From the NCBI GenBank assembly GCA_023246715.1, contig JAHFHZ010000002.1:1-62786 (forward strand): a stretch of 62,786 nt of DNA. Reading direction: 5' to 3'. Position numbers and translations under genes: made by a program. Below the pieces are notes generated by a model, which saw nothing but the letters and a program-made list of their open reading frames with translations, had not been told where the DNA came from and made no database searches. Origin of the DNA: Candidatus Magasanikiibacteriota bacterium (lineage in GTDB: Bacteria; Patescibacteriota; Patescibacteriia; Magasanikbacterales; GWA2-37-8). Shown piece by piece: positions 26,856-35,117 of this stretch (positions are counted from its first letter, which is position 1; the number at the start of each line of letters is the position of its first letter).

Positions 26856-26925
26856 TGTCATTCCCGCGAAAGCGGGAATCCAATCGTAGCGTATAGTGTG
26901 TTTTCCCGCTTTCGCGGGAATGACA
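26856..26925. repeat. MITE-like double-hairpin palindromic element, copy 1
   Basis: Left arm tgtcattcccgcgaaagcgggaatc (26856-26880) and inverted right arm ttcccgctttcgcgggaatgaca (26903-26925). Each arm is itself an 8-bp hairpin ATTCCCGC-GAAA-GCGGGAAT. The element starts 18 nt after the dnaB stop. Confidence 0.75.
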
Positions 26926-26972
26926 CGAATTGATTTTGACCTGACCTGAATTTACTTACTTAACTTTTTTAT

Positions 26973-27281
26973 ATGTCAATGATCGGCAAACTCAAGCAAT
27001 TTAAAGATTTGCGCGAACAGGGTAAAAAAATTCAAAACGCTCTCTCGGGCGAAAGTGTTTCAGTGCGGGCGGCTGGTGATAAAATTTTATTAACGATGGA
27101 CGGCAGCCTGGCGTTGACCGGAGTGGCGATTGACGACGAATTATTATCGCCAGACAAAAAAGAAAAGCTGCAAGAAGGCTTAAAAGAGGCCCACAAAGAA
27201 GCGCTTAAAAAAATGCAGCGCATTATGGCAACCAAAATGCAGGAAATGGGTGGGCTGAACTTGCCAGGAATGACTTCTTAA
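26973..27281 (+). CDS. YbaB/EbfC-family nucleoid-associated protein
   Basis: 102-aa ORF directly upstream of recR (the conserved ybaB-recR pair). The N-terminal KLKQFKDLREQGKKIQ coiled region is typical of the family. Confidence 0.78.
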   Translation: MSMIGKLKQFKDLREQGKKIQNALSGESVSVRAAGDKILLTMDGSLALTGVAIDDELLSPDKKEKLQEGLKEAHKEALKKMQRIMATKMQEMGGLNLPGMTS

Positions 27282-27289
27282 AACGAACT

Positions 27290-27907
27290 ATGTACTCCCC
27301 GGCGATAAACAAGCTGATTGAGGAATTACGCCGGTTGCCCACGGTAGGCCAGCATACGGCTGAACGTTTTGTTTTTCATTGGCTTAAATCAGGCAAAAAA
27401 GAAGTGGGCCAGTTGGCGCTGGGACTTAAAAACCTGATGGAAAAAATTAAAAGCTGCGGCCAATGCTGGAATTTTGCCGAAACGAACCCCTGCTTTATTT
27501 GCGCGGAGAAAACCCGTGACCAACGAATGATTTGCGTGGTCGGGAACGTACCAAACTTAGCAGCAATTGAACAAACAAGGCAATTCCGCGGAGTCTACCA
27601 CGTGCTGCGCGGCGTGCTTGACGCCAGCGAACCCGAAAGCCTGCTGGAAACAAAAATCCCCGAATTGCGCGCACGGGTTGAGAAACTGGTAGCAGCCGCC
27701 CCCCAGCAACCATTGGAAATTATCCTGGCCCTAAACCCGGATATGCCGGGCGAAACAACGATGTTGTATTTGGAGCAACAATTAAAGGCCCAATTCCCTG
27801 GGTGTCGAATCACCCGCTTGGCGCGCGGGTTGCCGATGGGCAGCGATATTAGCTATGCCGATGAAATTACCCTTGGCAGCGCGCTGAAAGGCCGGACTGA
27901 ACGATAA
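27290..27907 (+). CDS. recR: Recombination protein RecR
   Basis: HhH motif LRRLPTVGQHTAERFVFH, a C4 zinc finger (CGQC...CFIC), and a Toprim region. Confidence 0.92.
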   Translation: MYSPAINKLIEELRRLPTVGQHTAERFVFHWLKSGKKEVGQLALGLKNLMEKIKSCGQCWNFAETNPCFICAEKTRDQRMICVVGNVPNLAAIEQTRQFRGVYHVLRGVLDASEPESLLETKIPELRARVEKLVAAAPQQPLEIILALNPDMPGETTMLYLEQQLKAQFPGCRITRLARGLPMGSDISYADEITLGSALKGRTER

Positions 27908-27922
27908 AAATGTAACTCAACT

Positions 27923-27953
27923 AAAAACCCGCCTTTTGGCGGGTTTTTTGTTT
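27923..27953. terminator. Bidirectional intrinsic terminator between recR (+) and rplU (-)
   Basis: aaaaacccgcc-tttt-ggcgggtttttt: a GC stem flanked by an A-run and a T-run. Confidence 0.7.
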
Positions 27954-28263
27954 ACATGATTTCTACTTCGGTGTAGCGCTGGCGTTGGCCATGTACTTTG
28001 TGGTAACGGATTTTGCGTTTGAATTTTTCAACGCGGATAGTCCGACCCTTGCCCTGCTTGATGATTTTACCTTTAACAATAATACCTTCAAGATAGGGGG
28101 TGCCGAAGTCTATTTTTTTGCCGTCATCACTGGCGGTAAGAAGGACCTTATCAAAAATAGCGGTTTCACCAACTTCACCTGGTAATTTTTCTACTTTTAA
28201 CTTAGCTCCGGTCTGAACCAGATATTGTTTGCCTCCAGTGGCAATAACTGCACGCATAAACAT
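27952..28263 (-). CDS. rplU: 50S ribosomal protein L21
   Basis: MRAVIATGGKQYLVQTGAKLKVEKL matches the L21 N-terminus. The true start may be the third codon (28257). Confidence 0.9.
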   Translation of the reverse strand: MFMRAVIATGGKQYLVQTGAKLKVEKLPGEVGETAIFDKVLLTASDDGKKIDFGTPYLEGIIVKGKIIKQGKGRTIRVEKFKRKIRYHKVHGQRQRYTEVEIM

Positions 28264-28325
28264 AGATAAAACAAGAATGAAACCATTCTACAGAACCCGA
28301 ACGATTTTGTCAACGACCCGGGGTG

Positions 28326-28817
28326 TTAATACCCAGCAAGGTCTAGGGAATCCCCTATTTTTAAGCCGTATTTTTGAGCGCTCCCGGAGCGAAGCTCAAG
28401 GATCAGATTGGCTGGTGAGCGCGGCTGATAGAGCCGTAGTTGCTCCTCGGGAACCCCGGTCTCGACGCCGGTATTATGTGCAATATCAACGATTTTTCCT
28501 TCGTAAATCCACACCATATCTAATGCGAACTCCATATCACGCATTACTAGGGGGTACTGCCCGGGCCTTGGAAAAACGAATAACATTCCGGCATACGGAT
28601 CTAGGCTCGCGCGGCCGCTCAAACCTTTAAAATGTTCTGCCTGAGTACGGGCTACCAAGAGCGGCAGCGACTGGCCGCTCATAATTAAGCGCGCTTCGGA
28701 GCGGTTGGCAAAACTGGCGTACGCACAGAGCGCCCCCGAAACAAGTCCCAACACGCTTGCCAAGGCGAGGAGCGCGCATACCGGCATCGGCAGTTTCCAC
28801 TTAGCAAGGTTTTTCAT
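28326..28817 (-). CDS. DUF192-domain protein with N-terminal signal/anchor
   Basis: The core GLSGRASLDPYAGMLFVFP...PLVMRDMEFALDMVWI resembles the DUF192 (COG1430) family. Confidence 0.65.
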   Translation of the reverse strand: MKNLAKWKLPMPVCALLALASVLGLVSGALCAYASFANRSEARLIMSGQSLPLLVARTQAEHFKGLSGRASLDPYAGMLFVFPRPGQYPLVMRDMEFALDMVWIYEGKIVDIAHNTGVETGVPEEQLRLYQPRSPANLILELRSGSAQKYGLKIGDSLDLAGY

Positions 28818-28821
28818 AACA

Positions 28822-29880
28822 CTATCGCCTGGTCGGTCGCCGAGCCAACCAGAAACCCACCAACAACATCAGCACCGCCAAAAAGCCCAGGGTAAGAAGT
28901 TTAAACGCGCTCTGCAAAAAAAGAGTAGTGATACCGAATAAAAATGCTAACGCGTATAATAATAGCACGGTGGAACGTTCGCTAAAACCAGCATCAAGCA
29001 AACGAAAGTGCAGGTGCTCGCGATCGCCCTGGAACACCGACCGGCCTAGCCAGGCCCGCCGCACAATGACGCGCAAAAAATCCAAAATGGGCACCGCCAT
29101 TACCAGTAAGGTGGTGGCAATTTTACCACCCGAAATCACAGCCAACAAACCAAGCAAAAAACCGACTAATAAACTACCCGCTTCGCCCAAAAAAATACGG
29201 GCGGGGTGGAAATTGAAAAGTAAAAATCCTGCCAAGACGCCAGCCAACGCGAGCGCCAATAATCCAACTTCGGGCTGGTGAAATTTTTTGGTCATGGTGA
29301 GAAAAAAAATCATCAGCGTACCAACCAGCGCAATGCCAGTCGCCAGGCCATCCAAACCATCGAGCACTTTGGTGGTATACATCATGCCCATTAACCACAT
29401 AAATACTAACCCGTCGCCAAGCAACGCGATGGTGCCCAACGGTCCCAGAGACAACTTCCAGCCGCCGAGGTTAATCACTCCCCCAAAGGGGTTGGTAATT
29501 TTATCGAGCCCGACACCAGCGGCGAGGGTGATAAGCACGGCCAACGCCCCGGCAGCCAGCCGAATCCAAGGCGACAACGAGCGCCAATCATCAATGATGC
29601 CAACTACCAACAGGGCAATGCTCCCCATAAAAGCGCCAAGCAGACTATGGCGCAACAGCGGACTCGGCAAACTGCCGGTTTGGGCCAGTATCAAAACAAT
29701 TAACCAAAAAGCGCCAAAAATGGCCACGCCACCAAGCAGCGGTCGACCATTGGTGTGTAGCTTACGTTGTCCATCGGGCCAATCCACGACCTCGAGCCGC
29801 AAAGCGATGCGCCGCACAACAAGCGTGAAGATAATAGACGCGGCCAGCGCTGAAAAAAAAATAATTGACCAATGATTCAT
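28822..29880 (-). CDS. MraY/WecA-superfamily polyprenyl-phosphate N-acetylhexosamine-1-phosphate transferase (WecA/TagO-like)
   Basis: Contains IIDDWRSL, LDGLDGLATG, IFLGEAGSLLVG and a WecA-type DREHLHFRLL loop. The start is set at the ATG at 29880, clear of the upstream stop at 29894-29896. Confidence 0.78.
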   Translation of the reverse strand: MNHWSIIFFSALAASIIFTLVVRRIALRLEVVDWPDGQRKLHTNGRPLLGGVAIFGAFWLIVLILAQTGSLPSPLLRHSLLGAFMGSIALLVVGIIDDWRSLSPWIRLAAGALAVLITLAAGVGLDKITNPFGGVINLGGWKLSLGPLGTIALLGDGLVFMWLMGMMYTTKVLDGLDGLATGIALVGTLMIFFLTMTKKFHQPEVGLLALALAGVLAGFLLFNFHPARIFLGEAGSLLVGFLLGLLAVISGGKIATTLLVMAVPILDFLRVIVRRAWLGRSVFQGDREHLHFRLLDAGFSERSTVLLLYALAFLFGITTLFLQSAFKLLTLGFLAVLMLLVGFWLARRPTRR

Positions 29881-29893
29881 AGCATTTATGAAA

Positions 29894-32659
29894 CTACTCG
29901 ACAGTAATTTTACCTTCATCTCCAATCACCACCGTATCACGCCGCTTTAATTTTTGCGCTAAAAGCAGATCGGCTAATTTGTTCTCTACTGTTTCTTGTA
30001 CCGCTCGGCGCAGCGGGCGAGCTCCGAATTCAGGATCAAAACCAATCCGCGCTAAAAAGTCGAGAGCGGCTTCTTCAACCCGTAACTCAATACCTTTGGG
30101 GGCCAGTTCTTTGCCAACACCTTTAAGTAATAGACCGGCGATTTTTTTGATATCCTCCAGTTTCAACGGCCTGAATAAAATTACCGCATCAAAACGGTTA
30201 ATAAACTCTGGGCGGAAATATTGCTTTAATTCTTCGTGTAATAAATGTTCTTTAATTACCGCTTCAGACACCCCTTGCTTGAGTTGTTCGCTCACATAAC
30301 CAGTACCAGCATTGCTGGTGGCAACAAGCATAATATTGGTGCAATCAACCGTACGCCCGGTGCTATCGGTGAGGCGACCATCGTCCATAACCTGCAAAAA
30401 GAGGTTAAGGACGTCTTTATCGGATTTTTCTAATTCATCGAGGAGTACTAAGGCGAAGGGATGCGCCCGGAGAGCTTCGGTGAGCGCGCCGCTACCGCTT
30501 TGCCCTGGCACGCCGATTAGCCGATGGATAGCCGAGGTGTCCTGGTATTCGCTCATGTCCAGGCGAATCATTTGGCGCTCTCCGCCAAAATACACTTCGG
30601 CGATAGTTTTGACGAGCTCGGTTTTACCCACGCCCGTTGGCCCCAAAAACAGCAAGCTTGCCACGGGCCGGGAGCCCGAGCGCAACTCGGCCCGCGCGCG
30701 ACGCAGAGCGCTGGCTACGGCCGAAACGGCTTCTTCTTGGCCAATGACCCGGGTATGCAAAGCTTCTTCCAGGCGCAATAATTTGCCGGATTCATCGGTG
30801 GACACGGCGGTGAGCGGAATTTTGGTTTTACCGGCTACCACGGCGGAAACCTCGTCGGCGGTAACCAATGAATTCTTGCCGCTCCTCTGCCGAGCAACTA
30901 GGGCTGCTTCACTCATTATTTCTAACCCACTGCCTGGCAAACAAGCTTCCTGAATAAACCGACCAGCCAATCGGACAATTTGCTCCAGCGCGTCGTACGA
31001 AAAAAATACCTGATGACGATATTCAATTTCGGGCACGCGGGATTCCAACACCTGCAGGGCCTGATCAGGCGTCATTTGAGCAATTTCGATTTTAGTAAAA
31101 TGCGTGCCGAGCGCGGAACGCGAAATTGAACGCGAATACTCTTCGGGAGTGGTGGTGGCCAGCGCCACTACCCCCGCGCTACCAAGATATTCAGCCAGGC
31201 TGCCAGCAACATCTAAACTACTACCCGATCCGCCAGCTGATACGCCGATTAATTCATGCAGCTCGGGAATAAACAACACAATATTTCCCGCGCGCGAGGC
31301 CTCGGCCATGAGCGCGCTTAATCGCTCCACCGCCCCGCTGGCATCTGTCCCCGCCAGGAGCGCGGGTATGCTGATTTCTACGAGCCGCTTATCGCTCAAC
31401 CGCTCCGGAACATCGCCCGCGATCATGCGCTCAACAAGCCCATAGACAATACTCTTACGCCCGCTCCCTCGCTCGCCCACTAATAACAGATTTTTTTCCT
31501 GCCCCTGCGCAATCCGAAATACCTCTGATAGTTCGTTATCGCGAGCTAAACACAAGGGTAGGCGGCCCTGACCGGATTGCCGTGTTAAATCGGTACTAAA
31601 ATGGTCCAACAGTGGTGTGGCCACGGCCGTAAGCGCCCGATCAAGCCCGCTCTTCGGGCGCAGATGCAAGCCTGAACGGAAATGTTGGGCGTTTTCGGAT
31701 AAGCGTTCCTGAACACGCCCCCATTCTAATACATTTTGCAGCTTATGTTGATCAATCGCGGCATCGGCCAAAATTTCCTGTACCACGGGCGAACGGCCAG
31801 CGGCTTCGACGATTAAATCAATAGCGCTCACGCTGCTTTCGCGACCCGCGAATGAGCTTTCATACGCGGCAAACAATGTTTCATATAATTCCAACGCCAA
31901 CCCGGGCGGCGTGGCCGACGAGCCAGGGTTTTGATTAAAAACTTCCTGGAGATTTTTTTGGATATCCTTGGGCAGTACTGCCAAACGAATAAAGACGCTT
32001 TTTACCCGCGGAACATTCAACAGAGCATGGAATAATTCAGCCGGGGTAAAAGCGCTTTTTTTCTGATGCTGGGCCAAGCTGTAGCCTTCTTCAATCGCCC
32101 GAAGCGCTTCGGACGAAAACGCCGCGGCAATATTACGGCGTTTTTTGGGTGCATAGTTTTTGAGCAACGCCTCCCACGCAGGCGCGGCGAGCGCGGGCAA
32201 CTCCGCAACAGCTATCACGCCATCAAAATTATGCATTTCGGGAATAGCGGGTTGGCGGCGATTTTTGATTAAAATATACCAAGCGAAGCAGAACGCGGCG
32301 ATAGCTAACCAAAAAAAGAACCGGGCTTTGGGCAAAAGCAACGGCGAAAGCACCAGTTTATCTAGTTGCACATGCTGAGCCGCGCTTTGATCAAGCGCAG
32401 CGCTGCTGGCAGCCAGGAGCAAGGCCACGCCAAGTAGCATAGCGGATACCGCCGCCACCCGATAAAAAATTGCCCGGGCACGACGCAATAAAATCTCACC
32501 GCCGTACAAGGGATACGACCAGAATAAAAGCTGGCCCCGTTTTTCTAAACCAACACCATGACCAGCGCAGGCGCGGCACCGGCGGCCGTTTACTTGCCCA
32601 AAGGTGGCGCAATCGGCGCAGGGAGCAAGCGGCAACAGGCCTTTTTCTGGTGGGAGCAT
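29894..32659 (-). CDS. Membrane-anchored ClpB/ClpC-like double-AAA+ ATPase with N-terminal Cys4 zinc ribbon
   Basis: N-terminal CADC...CRAC, then hydrophobic helices, then a Clp_N-like repeat. D1 reads LLLVGERGSGRKS / VLFIPELH, and D2 has canonical FLGPTGVGKTE / LVLLDELEKS. Confidence 0.8.
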   Translation of the reverse strand: MLPPEKGLLPLAPCADCATFGQVNGRRCRACAGHGVGLEKRGQLLFWSYPLYGGEILLRRARAIFYRVAAVSAMLLGVALLLAASSAALDQSAAQHVQLDKLVLSPLLLPKARFFFWLAIAAFCFAWYILIKNRRQPAIPEMHNFDGVIAVAELPALAAPAWEALLKNYAPKKRRNIAAAFSSEALRAIEEGYSLAQHQKKSAFTPAELFHALLNVPRVKSVFIRLAVLPKDIQKNLQEVFNQNPGSSATPPGLALELYETLFAAYESSFAGRESSVSAIDLIVEAAGRSPVVQEILADAAIDQHKLQNVLEWGRVQERLSENAQHFRSGLHLRPKSGLDRALTAVATPLLDHFSTDLTRQSGQGRLPLCLARDNELSEVFRIAQGQEKNLLLVGERGSGRKSIVYGLVERMIAGDVPERLSDKRLVEISIPALLAGTDASGAVERLSALMAEASRAGNIVLFIPELHELIGVSAGGSGSSLDVAGSLAEYLGSAGVVALATTTPEEYSRSISRSALGTHFTKIEIAQMTPDQALQVLESRVPEIEYRHQVFFSYDALEQIVRLAGRFIQEACLPGSGLEIMSEAALVARQRSGKNSLVTADEVSAVVAGKTKIPLTAVSTDESGKLLRLEEALHTRVIGQEEAVSAVASALRRARAELRSGSRPVASLLFLGPTGVGKTELVKTIAEVYFGGERQMIRLDMSEYQDTSAIHRLIGVPGQSGSGALTEALRAHPFALVLLDELEKSDKDVLNLFLQVMDDGRLTDSTGRTVDCTNIMLVATSNAGTGYVSEQLKQGVSEAVIKEHLLHEELKQYFRPEFINRFDAVILFRPLKLEDIKKIAGLLLKGVGKELAPKGIELRVEEAALDFLARIGFDPEFGARPLRRAVQETVENKLADLLLAQKLKRRDTVVIGDEGKITVE

Positions 32660-32678
32660 ACACTTCGGTAATAACAGT

Positions 32679-33086
32679 TTACTTCAAACTAAATAGAGGG
32701 CTCGAGGCTGCTTGATAAATTCCGAGAAGGCAAATAATGGGCAACGCGAGCCAGACCAAAAAAATACCCATGCAAAGCGCCGCCCAGATAGCCAATACGA
32801 TCCCGCGTACCACCCCCTGCACCAGGCGCATACCAAAACTAATCAAACGGCCTTGCCAGTCACGCTGGCCGTACATGGGCACGAATAGATTCTTAAACCA
32901 TAAGCCGGGCGATAGAGCTTGATTACCAAGCGTTAAAAGCCCTAGGCATTTTTTACCCCAATACAAAATTCCCCCGCTATACCACCATAGCGGGAAATAA
33001 AATAAATCGACTATACCTTGGCTGGCTAAGCGACCGATGAGGGCCCAAACCATACTCATTTTGACTCTACTAAAAACCGCCGACAA
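32679..33086 (-). CDS. Hypothetical small membrane protein
   Basis: 135-aa ORF with about four hydrophobic segments, co-directional with the dcw-like genes. No motif recognised. Confidence 0.4.
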   Translation of the reverse strand: MSAVFSRVKMSMVWALIGRLASQGIVDLFYFPLWWYSGGILYWGKKCLGLLTLGNQALSPGLWFKNLFVPMYGQRDWQGRLISFGMRLVQGVVRGIVLAIWAALCMGIFLVWLALPIICLLGIYQAASSPLFSLK

Positions 33087-33128
33087 GCGACGGTATTAGT
33101 ATAACATATTTTAGGTCAGCCAAAAATG

Positions 33129-33491
33129 TTATTTTTTGGCCACGGTTTTGGGCACGGCGACCAGCTGGTATTTAATGTCCGAAGCTGGCACCATCCGCAT
33201 TCCGGCCAGACGCTGCTGAATACTCGATAGCGACCGTTGTTCGATAACGGCAATTTCTAATTTTTGATTTTCGGCAATCAAATTGGCGGTGGTTTTTTCT
33301 AGCTCCTGAATTTGGTAACCGGTGGCCGAGGCTTGGCTCAAACTACCAATATACAAAACACTGATGAGCACCACCACTACCGACAGCGTCACGCGCAAAC
33401 GCACGCTTTCCAACCAGGCAGGAAATTTAAGCAGATAAAAAAACTGCGCCAGGTTTCGGAATTGAGCATTAAAGCGACGTTGCAGCGACAT
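33129..33491 (-). CDS. FtsL-like cell-division membrane protein
   Basis: 120-aa ORF with a single TM followed by a coiled-coil (ELEKTTANLIAENQKLEIAV), immediately downstream of rsmH as in mraZ-rsmH-ftsL operons. Confidence 0.5.
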   Translation of the reverse strand: MSLQRRFNAQFRNLAQFFYLLKFPAWLESVRLRVTLSVVVVLISVLYIGSLSQASATGYQIQELEKTTANLIAENQKLEIAVIEQRSLSSIQQRLAGMRMVPASDIKYQLVAVPKTVAKK

Positions 33492-33525
33492 ACCGATTAA
33501 AAGCGAGATTGGATGAATTAAATAT

Positions 33526-34428
33526 TTATTTTATTTTTTCAGCGACCCGGAGCTTGGCGCTGCGCGCGCGGGGATTTTTAGCTAATTCTTGGGCGGTAGC
33601 CATAACAGGGCGCGGGGTAACTTCTTTTAATGATTGTTCTAGTTTGAAAAACTGTTTGACGATGCGATCTTCCAGAGAATGAAAGCTGATCACCGCCAGC
33701 CGCCCACCGGGCTTGAGCGCGGCAACGGCCTGGGGCAAGGCTGCTTTTAAGACCCCCAACTCGTCGTTCACGACGATCCGCAAGGCCTGAAAGGTGCGCG
33801 TTGCTGGGTGAATTCCCCCGATCCACGGTACTTCTTTGGCGCTGCGTAATTTTTCTCGGTAAACCTGCAAAATTATTTCGACTAATTCACTCGTTTTTTC
33901 AAATGGTTTTTGTTTGCGGGCAGCAATAATACCCGCCACAATCTGCTCGCCGAGCGGATCTTCGCCGTAGCGGCGCAATATACTGGCTAACTCCGCGGGG
34001 CTGGAATCGTTTAAAAGTTCAGCTGCGGTGTGCTTAGCGCTCGGGCCGTAGCGCATATCCAGTGGTTCATTGGATTCAAAGCTGAATCCTCTGCCTCGAT
34101 CCTGGAATTGTGGACTGGACCAACCCAGATCAAACAAAATGGCGTTCGCTGAGGGGAACCGCGCTTCGGCAATAGCGTGCGCTAGTTCAGAAAAATTACT
34201 GTGGGCAAATGATACCCGGCCTTCGAATCGATATAAAAAGCGTTTGGCACGCAAAATGGCTTCGATGTCGGCATCGATACCCAACAATTGACCGTTGGGT
34301 GAATTGGCTTCGAGGAGGGCTTCGCTATGCCCGGCATCGCCGAGCGTGGCATCTATAACAGCATCCCCCGGACCAATGACGAGGAGACGTACTGTTTCCT
34401 CTATAAGTACGGGCAGATGACGATCCAT
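33526..34428 (-). CDS. rsmH: 16S rRNA (cytosine1402-N4)-methyltransferase
   Basis: HLPVLIEETV, DATLGDAGHS and ISFHSLEDRIVKQ motifs. The start is taken at the internal ATG (MDRHLPV), downstream of the mraZ stop. Confidence 0.9.
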   Translation of the reverse strand: MDRHLPVLIEETVRLLVIGPGDAVIDATLGDAGHSEALLEANSPNGQLLGIDADIEAILRAKRFLYRFEGRVSFAHSNFSELAHAIAEARFPSANAILFDLGWSSPQFQDRGRGFSFESNEPLDMRYGPSAKHTAAELLNDSSPAELASILRRYGEDPLGEQIVAGIIAARKQKPFEKTSELVEIILQVYREKLRSAKEVPWIGGIHPATRTFQALRIVVNDELGVLKAALPQAVAALKPGGRLAVISFHSLEDRIVKQFFKLEQSLKEVTPRPVMATAQELAKNPRARSAKLRVAEKIK

Positions 34429-34442
34429 AGAAACCAGCTTTA

Positions 34443-34874
34443 TCAGACGCCGAGTTCGGCCATGCGTTCGGCGATCGCCGAACTTTCTGCTTCGGTAGCA
34501 CTTTTGTAGCGCGCCCATTCAACAGCGTCCCACATTTCGAGCCGGTTATAGAGACCGGCCACCACGACATTTTTCCCGAGCTTAGCAAAGCTACGCAAAT
34601 ACTCCGGAATCACCGCGCGTCCCTGAGCATCGATATCGAGTTCCATGGCTCCAGCCAGCATCAGGCGAGCAAACGCCCGGCTGTTGGCCTGTGCCAGTGG
34701 CAAGGCGGCCAATTTCTCGGCGAGCTTTTCCCACTCGGCCTTGGTGTAGAGAAACAGGCAGTTATCGATACCGCGAGTGACCACCGCGCCTTTTTTGAGC
34801 GCGGCGCGAAATTTAACCGGGATTGCTACCCGGCCTTTGTCGTCGAGATTGTGGTTGTATTCACCGATGAACAT
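34443..34874 (-). CDS. mraZ: Transcriptional regulator MraZ
   Basis: MFIGEYNHNLDDKGRVAIPVKFR plus a second DxxGR repeat (DAQGRAVIP); 143 aa. Confidence 0.92.
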   Translation of the reverse strand: MFIGEYNHNLDDKGRVAIPVKFRAALKKGAVVTRGIDNCLFLYTKAEWEKLAEKLAALPLAQANSRAFARLMLAGAMELDIDAQGRAVIPEYLRSFAKLGKNVVVAGLYNRLEMWDAVEWARYKSATEAESSAIAERMAELGV

Positions 34875-34938
34875 AGTGGCGGTTGGTGGAGACAGGTTTT
34901 ATAGAAAGACAAGCATTGCTTCTATAATTATTTAATTC

Positions 34939-35000
34939 ACCACTCTTCACCACTAGACCCCATTCTATACCACTTAGAAACACCCGTCAACACTTACCAC
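34939..35000 (-). promoter_or_regulatory. Putative MraZ operator: four GTGGT boxes
   Basis: The minus strand reads AGTGGTGAAGAGTGGTGAA, a perfect 9-mer direct repeat at 10-bp spacing (34939-34953). Further GTGGT boxes lie at 34969-34973 and 34996-35000, bracketing the -10 and -35 elements. Confidence 0.4.
34962..34990 (-). promoter_or_regulatory. Putative sigma70-type promoter of the mraZ operon
   Basis: On the minus strand: TTGACG (34990-34985), a 17-nt spacer, TAGAAT (34967-34962), embedded in TGGTATAGAAT. It lies ~90 nt upstream of the mraZ ATG. Confidence 0.4.
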
Positions 35001-35035
35001 CTTTTACAACGATCCCCTTATTTTGGCTTAAATAA

Positions 35036-35060
35036 AATAAAAAAATCGCCGGTTGGCGAT
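35036..35060 (-). terminator. Intrinsic terminator of the beta-CASP gene
   Basis: The minus strand reads atcgcc-aacc-ggcgat followed by TTTTTTT (plus-strand A-run 35039-45). Confidence 0.6.
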
Positions 35061-35117
35061 GTTGTTTAGTTATGCACAGGCGCCTATTTACACATACCCC
35101 TTAACGGCATACTCATA

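Noticed and set aside
35070-35078. A DnaA-box-like 9-mer TTATGCACA (fits TTATNCACA) in the long mraZ upstream intergenic region, raising the possibility of oriC.
   Set aside because: It is a single box with only a 2-mismatch neighbour. There is no AT-rich unwinding element or box cluster, and no dnaA or dnaN nearby. Gene orientation does not switch consistently here.
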